Source of the DNA: Eledone cirrhosa | Taxonomy: Eukaryota | NCBI GenBank assembly: GCA_964016885.1 | Contig: OZ024741.1 | Span: forward strand, 215,264,001 to 215,328,000 | Direction of reading: 5' to 3' | Length of the DNA stretch: 64,000 nucleotides | In this document: positions 54,128 to 64,000 of the stretch, one piece after another | How the letters are laid out: each line of letters opens with the position of its first letter | Numbering within the stretch: the first letter of the stretch is position 1 | Made by a program: the position numbers and the translations under genes | Notes under the pieces: model-generated | What the model was told of the DNA's origin: nothing | Seen by the model: only the letters and a program-made list of their open reading frames with translations | The model's database searches: none

Positions 54128-55633
54128 ACTAGAGGTTGATTAACATATAAATATACATGAATAATCACAGGAGATAATTTTTGCTCGCGTGTAACCACGC
54201 ATAGCTAGTATAGGTAATATTTACCTTTAAGAGTGATTAACCTTTCCTTGTATATATCCCATTAAAGAAATATATTTCACCAATTAATCAGATGGTAAGT
54301 CACGGATAGTGGATATTAACGGATTGTCAGCAAGGAAACTTTAATAATTTCCAGCTATTCGTCCTTACAGAGTGAGTTCAAATTTTCAACTAGCCGTCAC
54401 CACGTGTTGCGTCCACACAAGATAGCGGTTTCGTTTCAGTGGCGTGAATAGGTATTCGACAACTAGAAATAGCAGTCAATTTCTCTTCAACAGAAATAGA
54501 TCTACAATTAAGGAGCCGTATATATATATCTAAATCCAAAATTACGATAAAATGAATTAAATGAATTTAATCTAAATCGAAATCATGGGTGCCATGACAT
54601 AATGCATGCGCCATAAATCCTGGGAATTTAAGCTCAAAGATAAATCCGAGCCTATTATAATAACTAGAGGTTGATTAACATATAAATATACATGAATAAT
54701 CACAGGAGATAATTTTTGCTCGCGTGTAACCACGCATAGCTAGTATAGGTAATATTTACCTTTAAGAGTGATTAACCTTTCCTTGTATATATCCCATTAA
54801 AGAAATATATTTCACCAATTAATCAGATGGTAAGTCACGGATAGTGGATATTATTGGATTGTCAGCAAGGAAAGTTTATTACCCATACTATTACCTAGAC
54901 TAGCTATGCGTGGTTACACGCGAGCAAAAATTATCTCCTGTGATTATTCATGTATATTTATATGTTAATCAACCTCTAGTTATTATAATATGCTCGGATT
55001 TATCTTTGAGCTTAAATTCACAGGATTTATTGCGCATGCATTATGTCATGGCACCCATGATTTCGATTTAGATTAAATTCATTTAATTCACTTTATCGTA
55101 ATTTTGGATTTAGATATATATATACGGCTCCTTAATTTTAGAGCTATTTCTGTTGAAGAGAATTTGACTGCTATTTCTAGTTGTCGAATACCTATTCATG
55201 CCACTGAAACGAAACCGCTATCTTGTGTGGACGCAACACGTGGTGACGGCTAGTTGAAGATTTGAACTCACTCTGTAAGGACGAATAGCTGGAAATTATT
55301 AAACTCTCCTTGCTGACAATCCAATAATATCCACTATCTGTGACTTACCATCTGATTAATTGGTGAAATATATTTCTTTAATACAAGGAAATGTTAATCA
55401 CTCTTAAAGGTAAATATTACCTATACTAGCTATGCGTGGTTACACGCGAGCAAAAATTATCTCCTGTGATTATTCATGTATATTTATATGTTAATCAATC
55501 TCTAGTTATTATAATATGCTCGGATTTATCTTTGAGCTTAAATTCCCAGGATTTATGGCGCATGCATTATGTCATGGAACCCATGATTTCGATTTAGATT
55601 AAATTCATTTAATTCATTTTATCGTAATTTTGG

Positions 55634-55638
<5 letters not shown>
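54121..55638. repeat. Tandem-plus-inverted array of a ~536 bp unit
   Basis: Unit 54121-54656 partly repeated to ~54875, then ~1.4 inverted units ~54888-55638; (TA)n on both sides. Confidence 0.9.
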
Positions 55639-55720
<82 letters not shown>

Positions 55721-55863
55721 TGAATGTATGAATGTATGTATATATGTTAACATTGGTCTGAGGATCAGGCAGACATTGAGTGTGGTTTGAGCTGCCAGTT
55801 GCTTGACAAACATTTGTAACCAGGATTGAGCAATAAATCTCATATTTAGCACCTCTACTTTGT

Positions 55864-55961
<98 letters not shown>

Positions 55962-55967
55962 GTGGGT

Positions 55968-56010
<43 letters not shown>

Positions 56011-56337
56011 TGTGTGTGCGTGTGTGTGTGTGCGTGCGTGTGTGTGTGTAAAAGGTAAACAGAAATAACAAACCGAACGACAGAGTACATTAAAGAAATA
56101 TATTAAATCAACGCTTGAAATAGCAGCAAAAGAGTGTTCGGATACTAGTCCTTCAACAGAAGAGATAGTTCGAAATAGAAGATAAAGAAAAAGTTAAAGA
56201 GTGAAAAGAGGGAGGAAGGAATGGGGAAAAATCAGAATAAAGTGCTCAAAAATACACGCGTGTATATTCCATCAGCCATTTGCTTAGTTATTTCTGTTTA
56301 ACTTTTACATATATGTAGGTGTATATATATAAGTCTG

Positions 56338-56403
<66 letters not shown>

Positions 56404-56622
56404 AGACGTGTGTAACTTCGCGGAGAAATTTCCGTTAATTTATGTAAGAAAAAAACGTGAGTTTTTAGTTAAATTTTATATCATTGTGTAACTTGACCAC
56501 CCGTCTGGACCTTCAGGTGGTGGGTCAACTCATTTTCGCCCCTACAGGGGCGGAATATCCATGTAAAAAATTTTTCTCCTTCGAATCTTGGAAAAAAAAT
56601 ATTGTAAAATTTTGATTACGTT

Positions 56623-58539
56623 ATGAACGCTGCGTCCAACGATAATGGTGGTGGAGAGGCGGTAAGACTACAAAGCTCGCAGTCAACAACGTCTTCTTCA
56701 CTAGATACTATAGAGATGGAAAGACGAAATAAAAATGTAAAAACGAATTCATATCCAAACAACACAAATGACACCAAACAATTCAATGACAACAAAAATA
56801 ACAGCGACACCAATAATGATGATAAAAGCAACAATGATAACAACAACAAAGAAAAAAATAAAGACAACGCCAATAACACCAGCATCAAAGACAACAACAA
56901 CACCAAGGAAAAGACGAATACTATCAACATCGGGGACAACAAGAATAACAACAACAATAACAACAATAATGACAACACCACCAATACGGATTCCACAAAG
57001 AAACCAAAAATCTCCTTTGCAGAGAAAGTTCAAAAGAAAGAAGAATTGATATATCTCGACATAACAAATGCTGAACAACTTTTAAAGGATGCTCGGAGAT
57101 ATGTCACTTTCGATAAAAATGGTGCTTTCAGCATCAATTCTCCGGTAGAAATTCGCAAGGAAACTGCTCTCAAAACGATAGTTTTTAGGACAGTTTCCAA
57201 TTCTACCCGAAAACCAGTCCAATTGTCACAGAAAGAAATTGAACTGGTTTTCAAAAATTCAATGAATGATATTGCATTCATTCAAAGAAGCAAACTTTTT
57301 GGGAGTATTTCGGTACTCATGAAGGATCAATTGACGGCCCAAAATTACTCTGTGTCGCCAATTGTATCCAACCTGTACACCTTTTTCCCTACATACATGG
57401 GAAAAAGGACACAAAAGATCAGAATCACAAGTGTCACACCAAAGGTGAACATATGGTGGATGCTGTGCGGCTTCATCAATTTTGATGAAGACAGAATACT
57501 GTCAGTAGGAAAGTCCCCCAGAGATGTATTCAATGGGACTAGCATTGAAGTTCTGGTGCAAATGAGCCCAGAGCGAATAGCTATGATCCCACAGCGTGTA
57601 CTCCTGGACCGACTCACCTACATAAACCTTTCGGTTGAGGGTAGGCGGCCTTCATGTTACCATTGCTTTAGCAGGGGTCACCTGAGGGCTTCCTGTCCTA
57701 AACTTATGAACCTAAAAAAGGCTCTTCTGCCGACACCCATCAAAACAACACAACCACCAACACCACCACAACAACAACAACACCAACACACAAAAATAAC
57801 CACAACAAACACAGTCCCACCCAACCTCACTCCACCTAAAACCACTGCAAAATCACATACAGACACAACAGCTCCCCAAGACATACCCCTCCCTAATCAC
57901 ACAGACGATACAACAGATGAGGCTATCTCGCCATCACCCAGTGAAGACGAGGGAGAACCCCATCGCTCGAAAAGAAAGAAAAGACATCACAAAAGCAAAA
58001 AACCAGCAAATATTTCAACAAACATACAACCACCAACAGAAACAACAAAAATATCACAAACAAAACCCCCTCCTCCTGAAAACAAAATACCTACAACAAA
58101 ACGAAAGCACACACAAGAACTACAGACAAAAACAAACACAACACAAGAAAATTACATTTGCACTTACATAAACACTGAAAACAAAACACTAATGGAGACA
58201 ATCAAGAACGACCCTTCGGTTTTCACCGAAGGGAAAACTTTCGCCCACTCTATTAAAAATAGCAAAAAACTGAACCTAAAACTGATTAGGGTCCCTATAC
58301 AAACTTATAGATCCCTAAAAGAAACATTTGAGAAGGATGTGGGGAATTCCTGCGTGAAACCACTCAACTGCGTCCTTCTCAAATGTCTCCCCACCACAGA
58401 CACCCCCATCCCACCAGACCCCACCCCACCAAACATCTCCGTCCCCACCCCGCCGGAAACCACCACCCATCCAGACAACCCCTTCAACACCCCCATGGAA
58501 ATCGTGCGGCCTGGTCCCAAGGAGTCGAAGGGTGAGTGA
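56623..58539 (+). CDS. Tx1-type ORF1 (gag-like, CCHC zinc knuckle)
   Basis: 638 aa open; SFAEKV motif; CYHCFSRGHLRASC (CX2CX4HX4C); Asn-rich N-terminus, Pro/Thr-rich C-terminus. Confidence 0.88.
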   Translation: MNAASNDNGGGEAVRLQSSQSTTSSSLDTIEMERRNKNVKTNSYPNNTNDTKQFNDNKNNSDTNNDDKSNNDNNNKEKNKDNANNTSIKDNNNTKEKTNTINIGDNKNNNNNNNNNDNTTNTDSTKKPKISFAEKVQKKEELIYLDITNAEQLLKDARRYVTFDKNGAFSINSPVEIRKETALKTIVFRTVSNSTRKPVQLSQKEIELVFKNSMNDIAFIQRSKLFGSISVLMKDQLTAQNYSVSPIVSNLYTFFPTYMGKRTQKIRITSVTPKVNIWWMLCGFINFDEDRILSVGKSPRDVFNGTSIEVLVQMSPERIAMIPQRVLLDRLTYINLSVEGRRPSCYHCFSRGHLRASCPKLMNLKKALLPTPIKTTQPPTPPQQQQHQHTKITTTNTVPPNLTPPKTTAKSHTDTTAPQDIPLPNHTDDTTDEAISPSPSEDEGEPHRSKRKKRHHKSKKPANISTNIQPPTETTKISQTKPPPPENKIPTTKRKHTQELQTKTNTTQENYICTYINTENKTLMETIKNDPSVFTEGKTFAHSIKNSKKLNLKLIRVPIQTYRSLKETFEKDVGNSCVKPLNCVLLKCLPTTDTPIPPDPTPPNISVPTPPETTTHPDNPFNTPMEIVRPGPKESKGE

Positions 58540-58572
58540 TCTCTTTTCCTCTTTTAACTTTTCAGCACCAAC

Positions 58573-61500
58573 ATGGCCAATATAAGAGTTGGATGTGTGA
58601 ACATACGCGGCCTGGGGATGCCCTGGAAACAGGGCAAACTCTTAAACGACCTCAGGTCGCACAGTATGGATGTGGTAGCCATTTGCGAGTCCAGGATCCA
58701 CGGCGAGCGACAGCTGGCCCCCATCTTCGATTACTTTGAGATCTTCGCATCTCTCTGTCAACCGGGGGGTGGGGCGGAGTTGCCGTTTTGCTGCGGAAAC
58801 ACCTGGGCCTCGTAACACAGACAGTACATCTGGACCCGGAGGGTCGACTGGTGGTCCTAGACGTTGACGGTAGTGAAGGTGGAGCCTTCAGGCTGGTGGC
58901 CGCATATGCCCCATCCGGGACACCGCGGCCAGACTTCTTCAAACGTCTATAGACTTTTCTGGGAACGTCCCGCTCCTTGCTTTTAGTGTGGGACTGGAAT
59001 GGAATTCTAGATGCACGTTGGGACTATGTGGGAGCATATCCCGATAAAGGGGGATGTAACAGCCTCAAACAGTTAATCGACTGATTTGACCTGGCCGATA
59101 GATATCGACTAGATTTTCCGACTGCGCCAATGTGGACGTGGAGTAATCGTAGCGGAACATCTAGATCGTACCTAGATAGGGTTCTAGTTAGAAATAAGGA
59201 TAGGGACATGTTAAGCTGTCCATAAATGTTCATGGTTGCCTATTCAGATCACAAACTAGTGACCTGCATGGCCAACCTTGATAGAACCCATAGACAAGGA
59301 CCCGGCTACTGGAAGCTGAACTTGTCGTTACCGACAAGCAAAGCCTACAGTAGACGGATTAGCACTTTAGTTAAACAGCACTTGACAGGGGCCATTGTCA
59401 ACAACAGATGGTGGTACTCTCTCAAGAGGGCAGTTAGATTAGACTCGATAGTTTTTAGTAAAGAATTAGCGTTAGATAGAAATAGAACCGAGAAGGAACT
59501 GGTAGATAAAGCAGAAGAGGCAATTAGAAGTGGCAACGTAGCCAACGTGCTAGCAACGAGAACGGCCTTGGACCAGTTCTTCGACGCAAAGCACGAGGGC
59601 TGCGTTGTCAGAAGCAAAATACGTGCTCTGGGAAACGAGGGAGCCAAAGCTGTTAGCTGGGCCCGAGTGACGGAGGCAACAATTGGCAACAAGTCCACGA
59701 TTCGGTCTTTGAAGGACCAAAACGGACGTATGATACGTGAGCCGAAGCAGATGTGTGCGGCTTTTCAGCGGCACTTTGCTCGGCTATTCCGGGGGAGCGG
59801 CGCGCCGGGAGAGGCTATGGATTTCGGTCCATACCTCGACGGCCTACCGAGACTCTCGGACAGCGAGGCAAAGTTCTGCGAAAAGCCGATTTCAGCCACT
59901 GAGATAGGGGACGCGCTGAGCCAATGCGGCAAACGCAAATCTCCAGGTCTCGACGGTCTACCCTACGAATTTTACGTAGCAATGCCGGACTTATTCTCCG
60001 GTCTCCTGGAAGCGGTCTACTGCAACTGGCAACAGAACGGGAGAATTCCCAGTTCTGTAACCGGGGGCGTGGTCACACTAATCAGGAAGGACGAGAATAA
60101 AGGGGATGACATAGGCAACTTCCGGCCCATAACTCTGCTAAACACAGAGTTACAGATTTTGGCCAAGGTGTTGGCAAAGAGGCTGGCGCTTGTCGTCGAG
60201 AACCTGGTGGGAGAAGCGCAGACATGCGCAATCCCGACCAGGTCCATACACGACAACCTCCACCTCATGCGATACATCATAGAGAGGGTAGGGTGTAAAC
60301 CCGGCTTCGGTGGGGCCCTGATCAACTAGGATCAGTCTAAGGCTTTCGATAGGGTTGACCATCGTTACCTGGATGCGGTGCTCGAGGCGGCAGGCTTCGG
60401 ACCCATGTTCAGGGGCTGGATTGCTGCAATGCACAACAGCAACATCTGATCAAGGGTCAAGATGAACGGCTACCTCTCGGAGCCGTTCCATATTACGCGA
60501 TCCATTCGACAGGGATGCCCTCTCTCCTCCCTTCTGTACGTACTGACTCTCGAGCCACTACTGCGGAAGCTGGAGCTATTGCAGGGCATCCCTCTGGAAC
60601 CGGGACTGCGGAAAGCGGCGTCGGCCTACGCCGACGACGTAACAGTAATGGTGTCGAGCACCTCGCAAATCGAGGAAGTCGCCACCTTACTGAAGGAATA
60701 CGAAAGTGTCACAGGAGCGAAGCTGAACCGGGACAAGTCCATCGGCTTGCAACTCGGATCGTGGAGAGGCAGACCGATGCCCTCCGATGGCGTCGTCGGA
60801 CGCTGGATGGAAGGACCGGTAAAGCTGCTCGGGGTCTGGTTTGGTCCGGACCTCCAGGTGGAGAAGAACTGGAACGAAGTGACGGCCAAGGTGTTTGCCC
60901 TCACCCAGAAGTGGGCCGAGTGCAAACTATCCTTTAAAGGTCGAGCGGAGGTGGCGAACACTTTTATAGCGCCCGCCATCTACTACCGCTTGACCGTCGT
61001 GCCTTCTCCAGCAAAAACGCTCGCCAAAATGGAACGCGCCCTCTTCCGATTCTTTTGGAAGAGGCGGGCTCCTTTGGTGAGAAGATCCATCTGCTGCCAA
61101 CACCCTTCTAACGGAGGGCTGGGGATGCCGTGGTTGACGATGCGCAAACACGCGCTCAGGCTGCGGCATCTCTACGTATTCCTCACCGGACAACCTGTGT
61201 GGGCCCCGTTCGTGAGGCGAGACTTCCCACGACTCGTCTCGATGACCGAGCTGCAGTCCTGGGTCAAGCAAAGACCGAGGAAAATGGGCGACTGGCACAT
61301 CGAATGTGCTCAGTCGCTCACAGCCCTCTGGCAGGTGGACCCGGCGATCAGTGGATACTCCACTTCGTCATTCTATAGAGGGTTGGTCCGCAGCAAGTGC
61401 GACGACGCGCTCGGTGAAACTCTAGGCGTAGAGGAAGATGAACTGGCCAGTCTGTTCGGTAGGACCTTCCGCCCGGGACCGATGGACAACTTCCAAAAGT

Positions 61501-62009
61501 CCCTGGCCTGGCAGTGCTACCGAGGAGCTCTACCAGTTCGAGAGAAGCTCTACAGACATGGGCGCCAGGGCAGGGACCCTGCAAAAAAGATCTGTCCGAG
61601 GTGCGTGCGAGACGAAGAAACCGTCGCGCACGCATTCATACACTGCCCGGGCGTCACTGACCTGTGGGGCTATGTAGAACGACTATTGTCGCGGGTGGGA
61701 CCAATCCAGTTGACCACCGAGTCCATTGCCATGATCAAACCGCCACCCTCCTTCAAAAACGAAGGAGAGGCGGTTTTCCTTTGTGTGATAGCTATGGCGA
61801 AAGAGGTTGTATGGTGGACAAGGTTGAAAGGGCTGAGGTCAGACACCTTTCTCTCCGGCCAACAACTGATTCTTTTTTTCAAATACCACTTTGGAAGAAG
61901 AATCAGGATGGAGAGAGAGGTGCTGTACCCCAGCAAGTTTTATGAAAGGTGGGTGAAAGTGGCGAGAATGGCCCGAGTGAATGGGCCTTCTCTCTATATC
62001 AGCCTGTAG
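58573..62009 (+). pseudogene. Tx1-type ORF2 (APE-RT-zinc finger) with a frameshift and several stops
   Basis: GCVNIRGL, SYLDR, SDHKLV, FRPITLLN, KAFDRVDH, RQGCPLS, AYADD, GGLGMP, CPRC..ETVAHAFIHC; stops e.g. ~59223, 60327, ~60448. Confidence 0.92.
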
Positions 62010-62258
62010 GTTGAGGAAAAGGAGGAGGAGAGGAAAGGAGTACAAACTCTTCGTACTCCTGGAGATGAGGGTGGCACATTTTTTTTCGGGGGTATGTGTT
62101 ACCCATATAAAGTGTCTCCCTCTATCGGGGAAAATCGACTAACTTTTTAAATTCCATTTGTGATAACATTTTACACGTTTTTATTGTATGTAAACTTCCC
62201 CCTTTGTATTTGTCCCCTTCTTTTGTGCCCCTGTGGCTAATGAAGAAATATATCTATC

Positions 62259-64000
62259 AGACGTGTGTAACTTCGCGGAGAAATTTCCGTTAATTTATGT
62301 AAGAAAAAAACGTGAGTTTATAGTTAAATTTTATATCATTGTGTAACTTGACCACCCGTCTGGACCTTCATGTGGTGGGTCAACTCATTTTCGCCCCTAC
62401 AGGGGCGGAATATCCATTTGAAAATTTTTTACCCATCGAATCTTTGGAAAAATATTGTAAAATTTTGATTACGTTATGAACGCTGCGTCCAACGATAATG
62501 GTGGTGGAGAGGCGGTAAGACTACAAAGCTCGCAGTCAACAACGTCTTCTTCACTAGATACTATAGAGATGGAAAGACGAAATAAAAATGTAAAAACGAA
62601 TTCATATCCAAACAACACAAATGACACCAAACAATTCAATGACAACAAAAATAACAGCGACACCAATAATGATGATAAAAGCAACAATGATAACAACAAC
62701 AAAGAAAAAAATAAAGACAACGCCAATAACACCAGCATCAAAGACAACAACAACACCAAGGAAAAGACGAATACTATCAACATCGGGGACAACAAGAATA
62801 ACAACAACAATAACAACAATAATGACAACACCACCAATACGGATTCCACAAAGAAACCAAAAATCTCCTTTGCAGAGAAAGTTCAAAAGAAAGAAGAATT
62901 GATATATCTCGACATAACAAATGCTGAACAACTTTTAAAGGATGCTCGGAGATATGTCACTTTCGATAAAAATGGTGCTTTCAGCATCATTTCTCCGGTA
63001 GAAATTCGCAAGGAAACTGCTCTCAAAACGATAGTTTTTAGGACAGTTTCCAATTCTACCCGAAAACCAGTCCAATTGTCACAGAAAGAAATTGAACTGG
63101 TTTTCAAAAATTCAATGAATGATATTGCATTCATTCAAAGAAGCAAACTTTTTGGGAGTATTTCGGTACTCATGAAGGATCAATTGACGGCCCAAAATTA
63201 CTCTGTGTCGCCAATTGTATCCAACCTGTACACCTTTTTCCCTACATACATGGGAAAAAGGACACAAAAGATCAGAATCACAAGTGTCACACCAAAGGTG
63301 AACATATGGTGGATGCTGTTCGGCTTCATCCATGTTGATGAAGACAGAATACTGTCAGTAGGAAAGTACCCCAGAGATGTATTCAATGGGACTAGCATTG
63401 AAGTTCTGGTGCAAATGAGCCCAGAGCGAATAGCTATGATCCCACAGCGTGTACTCCTGGACCGACTCACCTACATAAACTTTTCGGTTGAGGGTAGGCG
63501 GCCTTCATGTTACCATTGCTTTAGCAGGGGTCACCTGAGGGCTTCCTGTCCTAAGTTAATGAACCAAAAAAAATGTTCTTCTGCTGACACCCATCAAAAC
63601 AACACAACCACCAACACCACCACAACAACAACAACAACAACAACACCAACACACAAAAATAACCACAACGAACACAGTCCCACCCAACCTCACTCCACCT
63701 ATAACCACTGCAAAATCACATACAGACACAACAGCTCCCCAAGACATACCCCTCCCACTCACACAGACGATACAACAGATGAGGCTATCTCGCCATCACC
63801 CAGTGAAGACGAGGGAGAACCCCATCGCTCGAAAAGAAAGAAAAGACATCACAAACGCAAAAAACCAGCAAACACTACCACAACATACAACCACTAACAG
63901 AAACAACAAAAACATCACAAACAAAACCCCTACCTCCTGAAAACAAAATACCTACAACAAAACGAAAGCACACACAAGAACTACAGACAAAAACAAACAC
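62259..64000 (+). mobile_element. Second Tx1-type LINE copy in direct tandem (runs off the window)
   Basis: Near-identical to 56404 onward. Confidence 0.93.
62476..63897 (+). pseudogene. Tx1-type ORF1 with frameshift after the zinc knuckle
   Basis: Nearly identical to ORF1 of the first copy until an A-run frameshift at ~63570. Confidence 0.8.

Larger units (their letters stand above)
56404..62248 (+). mobile_element. Full-length Tx1/L1-type LINE (5.85 kb) in (TATC)n
   Basis: 5' UTR, ORF1, disrupted ORF2 and 3' UTR; starts directly after (TATC)n and ends in tatatctatc. Confidence 0.93.

Noticed and set aside
56125-56170. Minus-strand ctgttgaagga...tccgaac as a hammerhead inside a short inverted repeat
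   Set aside because: Two core substitutions and no stem III

Overview
Repeat-dominated eukaryotic DNA, saturated with (TA)n/(CA)n/(TATC)n/(CATA)n microsatellites. The SINE and microsatellite content suggests an octopus/cephalopod genome (inference). No host gene is recognisable beyond one possible short terminal exon. The window holds: (i) an apparently intact Penelope-like element of the Naiad type (minus strand, ~813-820 aa RT + CxCx5Cx5C finger + GIY-YIG) with ~1.9 kb direct and inverted pseudo-LTRs, plus decayed Penelope-like copies; (ii) Tx1/L1-type LINEs that sit in (TATC)n tracts, two of them head-to-tail; (iii) R4/Dong-type RLE LINE remnants bordered by (CATA)n; (iv) RTE fragments and RTE-like non-autonomous elements; (v) many copies of a tRNA-derived SINE; (vi) many short foldback remnants in (TA)n. 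Manual folding gives a varied set of type I hammerhead ribozyme motifs: canonical ones, one with a ~115 nt stem II in all three pLTRs of the intact element, and core variants (U3-A8, A4, U.U at the base of stem II). All ribozyme calls are by eye and untested.
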